Assembly: GCA_012295275.1 (NCBI GenBank)
Contig: CM022665.1
Coordinates: 27,900,001-27,964,000 of the forward strand
DNA: 64,000 nucleotides
Direction of reading: 5' to 3'
DNA from: Chrysomallon squamiferum
Taxonomy: Eukaryota; Animalia; Mollusca
In this document: one piece after another, positions 36,874 to 51,276 of the stretch
How the letters are laid out: the number at the start of each line of letters is the position of its first letter
How positions within the stretch are numbered: position 1 is the stretch's first letter
Program-made: the position numbers and the translations under genes
The notes under the pieces: model-generated
Databases searched by the model: none
Told to the model about the DNA's origin: nothing
The model's input: only the letters and a program-made list of their open reading frames with translations

Positions 36874-39800
36874 ATCCATTTCCATTCAATTTCGGTTTTT
36901 GTTATTACGCGTTTTTAAATATATTAGATATTATTATATTTTATTCGGTTTGTCTGTTTGATAGCCTGCCTGACTGTTTTGCTCTCTAGTGGGGTTCATT
37001 TTATAAATTTAATTTATCTTTTCTTTTAGCATATATATATAATCTTGACCCCTATATTTTCATTCTTTCTTAACTAAATAACAAGTAATCAACTTATATC
37101 TAAAACGGATCACCATGAGAACTCCATCCACCACATCTCCGTTCTTCTGTAATTGTTTCATTTCTTTCTGTGTGAAGTGACACCAGTGAGACACCTGACA
37201 TTTCCAGGCGGGATATTCGCTCAAAGCGGTGTTATATGAAGATGCAAACAGCGTAAGATCAGAGACGTTATTAGGCCTTAGTGGTCTTATATTCACGTGT
37301 TCTTGTTTCGAATTTCGACGAAATGAGAAAAAAGACGTATCGCCTGTTAAATTAGTAACTTGAATCTGTAAATTTATATATAGTGTGTGTTTTTGTGTGT
37401 GTGCGTATGTGCGTGTTTAAATGTCTATATCTGTATATATCGATTTACTAATGTATGTTTGTGCATGAGCAGATGAATGTGCATACGAATGTCCTTTGTG
37501 TGTCTGTGCTAGTCTTTGTGTGTACTATTATTTACAGAAACACGAATACATACATATATGTGTGTGTATTAATGCAGAAAGATACCTACATTGATGTGTG
37601 TGTTCGTATATATGTTTGTGTGTGTGTATGTATGTATCTTTACAGATTAATATTTTAAAACATAAAATTTTAATTATCACCATTATTGTTGTTACGTTAC
37701 AGTCTGCAAAGCATGGAAACCTAATTCCAGAAGAATAGTTTCAAATCCCTCTCGACAATAACTGAAAAAAGCACATAGTATTAAAAAAAACCTTGACCTT
37801 ATTTGTTATACAAGAATTTCATATTATATCTGCAATACGAAATATATAGAAAAAAAAAAAAAAAAAAAAAAACAAAAAAAAAAAAAAATAATAATAATAA
37901 TTAAAAAAAAGAAAAAAAAAGAAGATGAAAAAGAAATCAATAATTTTTCATTAGAAAGTAACGCATACGCTGAATAGAAAATAAGACTTACACTATTTTG
38001 TTTTGGTTTCACCTTTTTTTTTTCTTTGTATTGAAAAAGCATTGATATTTTTAGTGAGTTGACACTATGAAACTAGAGCAGTTTTTACTGACCCCTTTTT
38101 ATCTCTACTTACCAAAGTTTGACTGTGCAAATGCGTACAAATATATGCATACACATTCACTGGCGTGCGTTCTTACAGGAAAATGTGTGTGTGTGTGTGT
38201 GTCTGACAGTTTCTGTACGTATAATTATTTTAGTATTATCAGAAACTGAACATATAAAACGCGGTGAATAAAACGCAAACATAAAAAATAATAAACACAC
38301 GTGTAGCATCAGTAAAATAGGTTAATTATTAATGTTCGCCATCATCCTTAGGCCTGTATGTTTGTGTAATTTCCAATAATGGAGAATAATGAAAGCAATA
38401 AAGAGAAAGCATTTATAAATAACTTGTATCTCTGCTACTTTTCCACACACGTCACTTGTGTGTTTTATGTAGAATGATGGCTGTCACTCGGTATTACAAG
38501 CACCGTATTGTCACGGACAATCAAATATTCCCGTACGACCAACGAATGAAATGTAAAACATTTGTCCTGATCAGATAATCGAGATTCTCACTTTAAAATC
38601 CATCTCTCTGCAGAATTTGATTTACATGAAATCAGTAATGGCTATCAAAGACATTAACTTCGTTACCGTGTTTACTGCTATATATGTTTCACTTTTTTTT
38701 TTATATCTAAACTCAACAATAAAAAGTTGGAATGAGATTTTGCCAGTTTTACATCGTCAAGTCAATATATATATAACCAACGTATTCATCCAGGTCATAT
38801 AAAAGTTTATTTAATCTTTATACCTGATCACATATAACAATTGTATTTGTAAATAAATGTATTAAGTTTAAATTTGATTATTAATACTAACAGTATTGGT
38901 CCAGTACAATTCCAAATATATTTTAGTAAATTAATTTCGTAGTAATATTCAGGGCCTAACTTGGGATTCGGCTTGTACTCGAATTAATACGGTACCTAAG
39001 AACACATCACTTACTGTTTACGTGGATACAGAACATCCACTTACAATGGGAATGTTCTGAGTATGGAAAACGAAACTCTCTAACGGAAATATTTTTTTAT
39101 ATCTGTTACCCTGAAAAAAATAAATAAATCAGTGGATAGTTTCACTTTGATGTAATGTTTAACAGTGATTACGTTTAAAACTGAATGAAATGAAATATAT
39201 TCATAAATATCTCGAGTTCAGTCTCAGACTGTTACTGTCTCAAAGAAATGAAAATAAACAAAATTAATCTATTTAAAAAAAATCAAAAACCTGTTTTTCA
39301 GTTGCTTTTGCTTTTTTGAAGCAGATGAATCAGTAAAGTGGATTACATTTAACCATGCAAATAAATAAACAAACAAACAAACAACAACAAAAACAACAAC
39401 AATATTAATAATAATTTGCTTTTTAATAGATTTTATTTTGTCACTTCTTTAACCATGAGTGAAAACAACAAACCAGATGTTAAACAAACCTTTGAAGAGT
39501 AATAAAAACACGAAAACACAAACTTGTTTTTCAGTTTTTGTCTTCTTAGACATTTTGCCTCTAACGCTTCCCAGACTGCAAGGCCTATCATTACGACGTG
39601 TAAGCTGATTGTTCCTGCCATTATTATGAGCAATTCCGCCAGAAGCCAGTTTTTGAGAGTCTGTCAACAATGACAGTGCCGTTCAAGGCATCAACTTCAT
39701 CTCTGGTTTTAGTGCTTCTGAGATAATAGCCAGGTTACACGCTATTTCCACTAACTCGAAGTAAAGTTATAAAAGCAGAGAGTTAACGAAACATTTATTT

Positions 39801-40773
39801 TTTCAGTAATTTACTTGTTCTGCTCGATGGATAATAGCAATCAGGCTGTCACTGACTTCCGATCCCAGGCAATCATGGCTTGCTCTCGATGGCAAAAAGA
39901 GAAGTAATTCCTATGTCAGATTTTTATGAGATGTGTAAGACTCCAATCTAGTATCATCTTAACTGTTAGTTTTGCCACTAAAGTGAGGGCAATCTTGATT
40001 TATAGACACAGAGAAAACCAATTCGTATCCAAAACCTTTCGAAACGACGTAAGACTCTATCCTGGAGCCTTCAACACTTCTTGTTTTACAATCAGAATTA
40101 TGGTTATCTTCACATATATGTAATGAAAGAAGCATTTTTATCTGAAGAATTCTGATTGTTGATTTTTACTACGAGAATGATGACCATCTAGATATTGATG
40201 GAAACAATTTGTGTGGCAGATTTTTATGAAAGCTAAAAGACAACATCCTACTATAGTTTTACTTCAGAATCATGACTTCTAAATCGATATTGGAAAAACG
40301 GTTAATTGTAGCATATTTTTATTAGGTGCTAAAGACGTGCCTAGAACGGTCTTAATATTGAGAAACGCAATTAATGTGACAAATTTGTATATAATACACA
40401 TTATACTATCACCATTCAGTTATTATGTTCCCACCAATGTCACGGCTATCTTCATTTGCTGGTAATGAAAGATTCAAATTATAAAAAATATTTTTTATTA
40501 TATGTAAAACAGGTTTTTCTAGAATCATCCTTAAATCTGGATAGTGACAGAATCATCTCGTGTGGAAAATGTTTACAGAATAAAAGACTTTATGTCAGTT
40601 CCCTCGACAGTGTGCTTATACTACCAGAATCACCGTCATTTTCATATATCAGTAATTATGAGTTGCTCTTTACAGGAAACCGAAGCACTTTTTATGAGAC
40701 ATACAGGAACCATCTGAGATTAGTTTTACATCGACAGTCACGAAACCATGGTCTGACGCGTTAAATTGGGCTT

Positions 40774-41924
40774 TGTGAGATATGCATATTTATTAGCCCT
40801 GTCTATTAGAATATTCAAATACAGTATTTTAATATCTAGAATCTATTCTATAATATCCTTAATTATTTACTTATATTACTACAGTCGTCACATAATCAGT
40901 TTTCCCCAGTGTATTCTTCTAGCAGTTATCCGTTACAGCAATGTTAAGATTGAATATTTGCCAAAGTCATGGTATGTTCAAAAAGAAGACAAAACGTTTA
41001 TTTGTATGTAGTTTATAATTCCCATTCTATAGCATTGTGGTATTTAAATGTATTAGAGAGTGGTCAGTATTTGCGAGAGATGTTTTTCATTCCTTTTTGT
41101 TAGTTCATTTTGTCAAATGATTGAATTAATCAATTAATTGTCGTACTCATATTTTAGGACAAATTTAAAATTGTTTGTTTGAGTTTCTTGTCTCTTGCAG
41201 CACCTCGCTTTGTCCTTACTATTCATTGTCACTGTCCACCTAGTTCTGAAACAATTTACATAAAATTATCAGAATTTTTATATCAGTTTGTGCACACAGT
41301 GACATTAAAAACAAAAGCATACGAACTGATGGACTGAAGGTAAATAAAGATGTTTGTCTGGCAGCCACAACATTTTGCCTTTGGCTTTTAATTAGTCGCG
41401 GTGACATTCAGGTTTGTTCACGGCACTTGTTTGTGTACAAGTCGTGAGTGCCATGCTTTTTCAATTATTCAGCTGATCCACAACGCGTTATCGTGCAAGT
41501 ATTTATTATTAATGTTAAGCTTTCTGTGAGTGTATAACTCTAGAGGCAAACACAACAAAGTAAACTGTAATTATTACAAGTTCACATTATGTGAAATATG
41601 AAACCTTTGTACCATTTAATAGAGAGAAAAAAACACATATAATACGTAACCATCTATATTGTGAACATTTAAAAACTAAAATCCATTTATTCCCATTAAT
41701 TCATACATCTGTTGTTGTGAAATATGCATATTTATTAAGGCCTATTCATTGGAATATACAAATACAGTATTTTAATACCTAGAAACAACAATCACTTCTT
41801 TAATATCCTTAATTATTTATTGATGTTACTAGTCTTCACAGAGTCAGTTTTCCCCAGTGCGTTCTTCTAGCAGTTACCCATTACAGCGATGTTTTGTGAT
41901 ATTTTTCACAAAGTCATGGAATGT
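40774..41924 (+). repeat. Pair of diverged ~200-bp direct repeats (40774-40977 and 41715-41924)
   Basis: Shared blocks atatgcatatttatta, caaatacagtattttaata, taatatccttaattattta, tcagttttccccagtg, ttcttctagcagtta, caaagtcatgg. Confidence 0.85.
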
Positions 41925-44744
41925 GCTGCCATGACAATTCAAAATTTTAAATACGATCCATTACTGTTAATGGAATAAAAGTTATTTTCTGAAGATGTCA
42001 GAATTAACAGATGTTTCCAAAAGCTGATGAGCGAAAATTAATCAGTATGAAATGGTAAAATAAAACAAAAATGTTAACATTAATTCTCAAACGTTAAGAC
42101 AATGAAGTGCGTCTTTTACCTTTTTATATACGCAATGTATACGAAAAAGACAAAAAACAATACATTTAACAATCCATAATTCATTTGAATACTGTTTAGG
42201 AAATTTTGTACATTCAACTTTTCTGTTTTCTCTTTGTTACTTTCCAGAAATCGATTTGATTATTATATTTGCCATTTTCTTCGATAATTAGGAGAAAAAA
42301 ATTAATTAAAATTAGCTTTATGAAAATGGATTTCGTCCAAGAACGACCACAGTGTCATTTAGCAAAGTGTTACTTGGTGACAGTTTCTGGAATATATCCA
42401 AAGTGAATATTGGACCAGTTCCAAATCTTTTCTAAAACGTGTTATTCTGTGTAAAAGAATTTTAAAAAGTGTTCATGACGAATGTCTTTCTGTGTGTTCA
42501 AGCTTTCACCCAAAGACAAACTTAACATTAGTATCACTGTATATAATTCTTCATCAGACATTTTTACTTTCTACATTTCCTTTTATCAATTTAATAAACG
42601 TTCACACACAAACACACACATATGCCTTCATAAACACATTCAGATCTTCATGTATGTATACGTTCATATACAGAGAGACAAACACACACACACACACACA
42701 AACAGACGTGTATAATTACAAAGACACCCAAACACACTAGGGAGGACTTTAATATAGTACAACAGTAGCCGATATTCAATTGTAAAACAGACACAATGTT
42801 TCTAGAACATTCCAGTGATGCAAACGCTGACATTAATTTGACGAGTTCCAGTAAGTTTGAGGTGAATTGTTTTTTAGTTAGTTCAGACAATACAGTCTAA
42901 CAAGTTTAAAATGTCATTCGTGCTGCAAACCAGCTGCAGAGAAAGAACATTAGGGAATGCCTTTCATTTAATCTAGTATTACAATTTCACGGTGAAATGC
43001 TTTACAAGTGTAATTTATAGCTTTGTGATTTGAAGCCATCATTTATTATATATCAGATGAACTTGCCTACGGATTACTTTTTTTTCCTTCTTTTTCTTCA
43101 TTTTTTTTTATTATATTTTTTTTCCATTAATTCTGAATTGCGTCACAGATATTCTAAATAGAAAATTTAACGACCAAAGCAGACTGAAATATGGCCAAAA
43201 AATATGGTTAACGGATAACATTTTTACTACTGATTTATGACTCTGATTTTATTTTATTTTGCCTGTGCTTTTTATGCTATTTATTTAATTTCGTTAAAGG
43301 TTTATCGACATTCAGGATTGCTGTATTTTCTAAATAAAATAGAATAAATAGAATAAAATAAAAAATATATATAATTTAAATGTTACTTTCACGTTTCTAT
43401 GAAATGAATTTACGATATATTGTTTTTAATGTCCCACATATTTGTATTATTATTTTCTTTTTCTTTTTTTTAGTAGATTTATTTAATTTATTTTATTCTG
43501 CTTTGCTTTGCTGTGTTTTACTTTTGTTTAATTATTATTATTGTAGAAATATCTGACTGTTTGGGAGGTACTTTTCCATTTTCTTATATCATCTTCAAAG
43601 AGATACCTTTACGAACGCATTCCGTTTTCCAATGAAAATAAGTCTTTGCAGTCTGTAAATATTTAACATTATTAATATTAATAACATTTTTCACTCAGCA
43701 TTTTACAACGTCGTCGAAAAAACTGACGTAAATTTTTCACATTCCTATTTGTCTTGGCAGTAATTCTAAATCGATATATAAAAAGAGAGTTAAACGTAAA
43801 TGTTCAGCAGAGAACGAAGACGTAAATTAATAATTTGGGTCAAGTATTCGCTAACTTGTTAACGGTTTTTTATTGATTCTGCTTGGCAGTGTGGAAAATG
43901 AAGTACCATGCACCGTTTAATGGTTCATTAATCCAATTATCGAATTATTTGTTTAAATTTCACACACGAAAATAAACGAATCTACAGCTAGAAAGCCAAA
44001 GTTTCATAATCAGAGCCCGTGAAAATACAGTTAGACTGATTTTATGACTGGTTTTGTCTTTCCGTGACTGTATTGAAGTGTAAGGTGCTGACTTTTAGTT
44101 AGAAACTAGAAACAGAATACACAGACCTTTAGACTGATTTTATTTTATTTGGTTATTTTTTATAATTTTTATTATAATTATTTTTAATTTTTTATTATTT
44201 TTTTTTTGTTTTTATTATAATAGTTTTATTTTTTATTTTTTATTTTTTTTTTTTAATACATTTTTTGGTATTTAATGTAAAATACAACTGGGTAAAGCTA
44301 TGATATATTTCAGTGAAAGGCCTATATGGGACTATTAAATAGAAAAACATGCTAATTTACTGACTCGGTAATGTTGTGGTTCTCACTGTTAGACAAGATA
44401 AACTGAAGGAAGCTTGTCTTGCTCGTTAGTTGGATGTAGACATGTATGCGAGCAATGATACTGTAAGATTAAATGTAAATTCAATTCAACAAACGCAAAA
44501 ACATCGATGTTGGACTGTATTTTTAGTAAGTCAATATTCTATTAAAATTTTTTATCTTTCACCATCTGTCAAAACACTGAGTAATAACTACACATCTTTA
44601 CATTGTGTAAAACGCTATTTTCATTACCAGTGTTTTCTTTCAATACAGTATTCAATCAAAATATTTGACATTCTCATAAACTTCCAGTTTCTTTTATTGA
44701 CTGTACATGAATAATCGCACATCAGTTCGATCGAAGACACACAG

Positions 44745-44748
<4 letters not shown>

Positions 44749-44830
<82 letters not shown>
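44749..44830. repeat. (AG)n microsatellite (others at 33587-33638, 46124-46190, 51197-51272)
   Basis: Directly visible perfect AG runs. Confidence 0.97.
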
Positions 44831-44832
<2 letters not shown>

Positions 44833-46120
44833 TTGTGGAGGGGAAGAGATGGTAAGTAGGGAAGGATGCAAACAGAGAAACAAAAAGAAAAAATACCCAG
44901 TCATGTGCAGCTAGATTTCATTACTCTGTTTTATCAAGGTGTAAATATTTGTGTTGTGCATGTAAACCCTCAACCCCGCATTACCCTGCTTCGACACTCA
45001 ATCTTCCTAGCAATTAGATCAATGCCGCTTTGCGGACTGACTATTGATTGCGGTCCTGCGAGGTAATCAATGGGCTCTGCCTCGCGGATTATCCGCGTTT
45101 ATTTCCGACCAAACTTAAATAGATTTTCGCAACTGGGACTGACGAAAATCTTTCAATTAAATATGTTTGATTAAGGCTGCCTGGTAATTGCAGGACAGAA
45201 GTGATTTTCCAGCGTGATTGGGATTACTGTCGTTTTCAAGCTCATTCACAAGACGAGAAAAGCCCTTAAATATGGCACAGGAAATGCCCGAAGCAGGGAG
45301 AAATGTAAATTTGCGATCAAATGTCTTGTTTGGTGGAAAGGTTTCGGTATTTTCTTAAGACATTCTAAACACCAAGCATTATATTAGAAATATATTATAT
45401 ATTACTATTTAAACTGGAGTTTTATTATTTGAAAGGTATAAGCGAGAAATATTGTTTTACACTAGTATGAAATTATGTGTGTGTGCGTGCGTGCGTGCGT
45501 GTGTGTGTGTGTTGTGTGTGAATACATTACCTACATAAATTTTATAGAGCAGATGTATAAATCGGTCAAAGTTATAAAGAAAACACATAATCATTGTAAT
45601 TATAACTAATATTAAATACAATATATTTGTATTTCCATAAAATATTCGTTAATTTATTAATGCACTACCAAATATAAAAAAAAGTATAACAAAACGTGTA
45701 TCATACTGTGTTGGCACTGATGTCAATCTATAAAACACATAATATTAATCATGGCTGGCCCTTGGGTTTAACGCACTGGACATTCTAATATCGATGGCCT
45801 AGTCGTGGAAATTTCCTTCGTCAGTTCTTTTTGACAGTTTGATCCTATAACATCCAAAAAATAATAATCAAATTCTCGACAGTTTCTCTCCACGCAAGGA
45901 ATTTTGCACATTTTATTATTATTATTATTAGTGGGTTTTTTTTTAATTTTATTTATTACTTTAACATTTTTCCTTTTGATATTTTGAAATATATGACGTG
46001 GCTCCCCGTTCTCAATAAAAGCTAAACCAAACATCAGTTTATTGTAGTAGAAAACTGAAACAAAAACAAATCGGTAAGAAGAAGAAATGAAAGAATACAT
46101 CAAAATGTTTGTATGTCTGT

Positions 46121-46193
<73 letters not shown>

Positions 46194-46785
46194 AATAACA
46201 CAATGATGGAGGCGATTAAATATGTATGAATGAATAGTGTGTGTGTGTGTGTGTTGGTGCACATAACACATACATAAATGCATACATACTTACTGTACTT
46301 TGTTATGCTGAATAGAAAACTAGATAATTCAAAAACCTGAAAAACACAGATAACAGGCTGATATTGCCAGTGTATAATTATGTTGATTTAATGGGTATAT
46401 ATAAAAGACACAAGAGTACGCTATAAACGATATCTCTTAGTTTTAAGCACGTTATTTATATTCACAATTATTTTTCATTGCCCTAACTGCACAGTAAAAT
46501 ACACCGGCGAGATAAATCCCTTTGCTTAACTTGATTCATAGAATAACTACACAAAAAGAGAGTACATTAACTATTGTTATATAATTAATTTGTTTTGGAA
46601 GTATTTAATACCAAACAAATGAGTTAACAAGTTAATCTATATTTATTAAATATGAAAATAATATCAAGAAAACGTAACAAAAATAACGCTTCAAAGAGTC
46701 ACTTTTTTTATATTGGACGTCATCGAACGGATCATGATATTTATTACCCATTAATCATATAAATCAATGTATTTTCTTGTATCTG

Positions 46786-47080
46786 TTAACCACTTTACTG
46801 TCAGAGCTGTCCTTCTAGCAGTGCTGGCGTGTATTACACGAATATGACCAAACAAGACTGAAGTATTTGTCGATGATCAGTGGATATGTGAAATATAATA
46901 TGCTGCATTGTTAACCACATCGGAGGCTTGTATCGGTAAATTAACCACTTTGATGTCAGATCTGTCCTGACCGGTGTCCTAACAAGCTAGCAGTGATAAT
47001 GATAGCAGTATATGCGACTGAGCAAGTCTCCAATGTTAAATGATGGTCAATGGATATGTGAAATATGCTGAATTATTAAC
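46786..47080 (+). repeat. Degenerate ~155-bp tandem duplication
   Basis: ttaaccacttt..tgtcagaNctgtcct..ctagcagtg..tggatatgtgaaatat..tgctg at 46786 and 46941. Confidence 0.75.
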
Positions 47081-47460
47081 GTTGTGACCGCTGCGGTCAA
47101 AATATTGTGTTAATCGTTATCCGTTCAAACAGATCACAGATCAGACGCGAAAAGTGTTAAGAGTGTCGAGTTATTTCCGATATTTAATGATGGATAATGC
47201 TGTTATTGTCGTTATTTAACGATTAAGATTTCATTTACTCTCTAGATGTTATGTGCATGTGTGTGTACTGGTCTCGGAGACATATCGATTAAAAGTAATT
47301 AATCTTCTTTTTTTTTTTAGTTTGGATTCGGTAAAGACATAAAAAATAAAAGACAAATCAGTAATATAATTGTTTACTTGTTGCTGCTGCTGCTGCTGTT
47401 GTATGTGTATTATTTTTTGGGTGGGGTAAATGTTTTTGTAATTTATTTTGTTTATTACTG

Positions 47461-47479
47461 TTATTATTATTATTATTAA

Positions 47480-47547
<68 letters not shown>
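47461..47547. repeat. (TTA)n-(TAG)n microsatellite
   Basis: Directly visible. Confidence 0.96.
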
Positions 47548-48829
47548 TTTTAATTTCTGTGCGACACACTGTTCTGCATTTACTTTTCTGTTTTTTTATT
47601 TTTTTATTTGCGGATTAAAAAAAGTAGTTTTTGTTTATGATTTAGTTTTGAAGAAGCAATGTTTTGTTAAAGAGATAAAAATCAACTTTCATTTTGAAAA
47701 AAAAAAAGCCTGGAAGCCATCATTGTAATGTTATTAGTCACAGAAAAAATTCTTGGAAAGCAAGAACATTCAGATACATCATTCGACAGAAATAGGAAAT
47801 ATGTCATATTAACTGCTTATTTGTACACCTGTTTATATAACCAATTCATTGTCAAGCCCTTTTTACTAAATATTGTATATCTATGTTTTAAAAACGAAAT
47901 AAGCTTCATTGTAATGAAAAAAATAAAGTAAATAAATAAGGAGGGGGGAAATCCGGATGCGATCTGCATACAACTACAGTTTAAACAGATTCACTGGAGA
48001 TGCGACATCGTGGCTTTTCATTATGTCGTATTAACTTGTACGCAAGTGAAACATCTTCTGATTTAAGCTAGATCCATAACGTTTTTATTTTCACTGTTAA
48101 TATCACTTTGTATTTAATGATTGTCGGGTGAACATAAAAGCTATTACTTAGGTCGCTTATCCTGTTAATAGTTTAAGCTTCTGTACAACACTGTAATTAA
48201 CGACCGATAGGTTCTACAGTTTATTTTCGTCCTGTCAGTGGAAAAAAAGAATTAGAAGGAAAAACGAGAACGGGAAAGAATTACCGTAAGTATTATTATA
48301 TACTGAATAATCGATGTGTTCAAATGTTCCAAAAAAAATTATACGAAAATAGACTCCTTTTCTATTAGCCTCAAATCTGTCTTCATGTATCTTACCCATG
48401 ACCTTCGATTTTGAGGTGATAAATTATTAGAGAAGGTAAATATTTTGACAGATTAAATCTTTGAACTGATAACGTCAGGGGTTGTGCGTCAAAGAATCAA
48501 TAACACATTTAATTGTACTTCACAGAGTGCGTAATTATTTTTTTTTTCCTATGACTCGGCGTGGTCGGGTGAAACCCCATTAATAACCATCATCTGCCGA
48601 GCGAATACTTCTAATGCTCGCTGCAGTTCTGTCGCAGTACACACGATTGGTTTCGTAATTACTTTATTTGTCAAGATTTTAACATTACCGTTGTTGAGGT
48701 CTATTTGTGAACGTGTCAGATGCTTTCTTGCTTATTGTATGATTTTGGGTGACTTCATAATTACGATGTTATATTCTGTGTATCTCGCGCGTGTGTGTAG
48801 GCGTTGTGTGAATGGTTTTTCATACCTGC

Positions 48830-49030
48830 AAATACACACACACATATGTACATACAAACATACACAGACACATATACATACATACACACATACTTACATA
48901 TAAATACATACATACAGACATACATACATACATACATACAGACACACAGACACACAGACACACAGACATATACATACATACATACATACATATATTTACA
49001 TACACGCACATACATACATACACGTATATT
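48830..49030. repeat. (CA)n/(CATA)n compound microsatellite
   Basis: Directly visible; source of overlapping spurious ORFs. Confidence 0.93.
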
Positions 49031-49693
49031 CTTTTATGTATTTCTGTACGTGATTTTTGTAAATTTTCAATGCAACCATAGATAGCATACAAATTTTGCT
49101 ATGAATAAATCGATGGACAGACATGAAGATGAACAACTAAACTAAATAAGATATGTTGAAAGAAGTGCACGAATAAACCGATTTCGAAACGGATCAGTGA
49201 GTGATTTGACATCTTTTCCGTTTGTAGCGAACTTTCTCATTGAACCTTCTTTCTTCCCACGTATTTCCAGTGAAGTTTTTTTTTTTGTTCTTCTGACGAC
49301 AGACAGTTCCTTACAGCTTACGACAGAACTGTTTTTTAGCTTCAGGCGCATTGTGAGCCACGAATCCTAGTCACTCGAAATGTTTCTCAAGTGGAATCTT
49401 TCTGCCCTCGTTATCTGCCACTACTCTGCCAGTGTTAGTCATTACTGTTACATCTACGTTGTTAGGCGTAAAAAAAAAAAAAAAAAAAAAGAACAAGAAC
49501 AAAAGAAGAGTGTAGAATCAGATGGAAAATAAAATAATTGTAGAAATATGAGTCTGTGAACAGGTGTTTTGCAAGATTTTTCAAATTAAAACACTGTGAA
49601 GAAGTGTTTGTTTGTCTTGTAGCATTTTAACAACTAATAGGTTCGGTTCTTTGTTGAAATAGCACGTTTGTGCGTGTGCGTGAGTAGGGTGTC

Positions 49694-49762
49694 CTCCCAC
49701 CTAGCCAAAAAACTAGCCAAATCAGTGTATTACAACATCATTGGGTTTTGGCTACGTGGGAG
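49694..49762. repeat. 69-nt inverted repeat/hairpin with 17-bp arms
   Basis: ctcccacctagccaaaa (49694-49710) pairs with ttttggctacgtgggag (49746-49762), one mismatch. Confidence 0.8.
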
Positions 49763-50156
49763 TTGGTTGGTATGAGATTAACTTTGGTCAGTCTTTTGTA
49801 TTCGTGTTGTAGTCTGTATCAATACATCTGGACATCAGCATTGTCCCTAAAAGGGATGGTTAGTTTGCATGATTCTCGTGAGTATCGGATGATACACTGG
49901 GTGTAATGAAAAAAAACCTGAAAACACCTTCGTTTCGACACGAACACAAATGATTTATTCATTCATTCATTCACTAACAGCCGTGAAGAGGTTCTCAAAC
50001 ATTTGCATTGAAATAATTCAAAAGTTGATGTAGAATGAAGCTGCATCGGCATAGTCCTGAACTGACATGTGTCCTTGTTGAAAACATGTTCAGATTCTGA
50101 AGTTTGTTTTTCAATGTCACAATACTTCTTTTTCTTATATTTCACTTAATAACAAC

Positions 50157-50301
50157 ACGGACAATAGCCCTTAATATCAGTGTTAATTTTCCCTGAATTT
50201 TATTCACTTATATACACTCATCAGCATCACTACCATAGTACTGCTATCTACTGAGCTATATTCACTTTATATAAAAAACGGACCATAGCCCTTAATATCA
50301 A
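50157..50301 (+). repeat. Short direct repeat, period ~121 bp
   Basis: acggacMatagcccttaatatca at ~50157 and ~50278, each preceded by ttcactt. Confidence 0.7.
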
Positions 50302-50526
50302 TTTACTATCAAAACATTTTGCCCAGCTATCCCAACATCATTTAGGCTATGTGGAAGACAGATTTTTAAAGTTTTAGGTTAGGTGGGAGTGAAGAGTAAG
50401 TTGTGACTACAAATGTTTTCTAGACTCTAGAAATTGTACACATATTTTCTGAAAAATCTCAAAAAAATAGAAATGGAAGGCATAGATATTCCAAAATTTC
50501 GCATAAATTAGACATAAAATTTTCTG

Positions 50527-50558
<32 letters not shown>

Positions 50559-51048
50559 TATAATATTATTTTCTTTAAAAATTCTTATAAGCTATTTTTG
50601 TATTAGGTTTACACTTTCATGTCTTCAGTATAATTAAAATGTTACACTTTTCTTACCAAATGCCATCCCCGAAAGTTTAACGATCTCAGTGGATGTCTTA
50701 AATTACTTCAGCTAATGTAATAACAGATCTCTGCAAACCATCCAGGTCTGTCTCTGTTTTATTCGTCCTGCATAAAATTAATTAAGTACCGCTAAGCGCA
50801 TAGAAAACATCTGTGTGTTAAGTGTCGTGAAAATAATATTAATATTAGTTTTTCATCTCTGTGCTTTAAATCATTTTATTACCAGATATTCTAGAGAGAT
50901 GTCATTATTTTATTGTAAGTATGGTCGTAAACGCAACATGTGCAAATTTGTTTTGCTGGGAAGTTATTACCGTCAAACGAGTTCAGTGGATATTGAAACT
51001 CTCGGGAGAGACCTTTCCGCTCGCTGATCGTGTGGTTCTGCGAGTCGA

Positions 51049-51100
51049 TTCCAGAAAGTTCGAAACGTTAATATTTCCAGAAAGTTCGAAACGTTAATAT
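51049..51100 (+). promoter_or_regulatory. Perfect 26-bp tandem duplication, each copy containing a three-pentamer heat-shock-element match
   Basis: (ttccagaaagttcgaaacgttaatat)x2; TTCcaGAAagTTC fits nTTCnnGAAnnTTCn. Confidence 0.45.
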
Positions 51101-51190
51101 TTTCATGGAGTGAAGTTGGTTTTGTGGACGCTGTTTCCCGTTAATGACATCCATGTTAGTTGATCAGTCTGGTTTTGATATGTTTGGCGT

Positions 51191-51276
<86 letters not shown>

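Noticed and set aside
38501-38995. Tigger/mariner-type MITE (ends accgtatt ... aatacggta)
   Set aside because: Only ~8 bp of terminal complementarity; the right end looks TE-like but the left end is unsupported.
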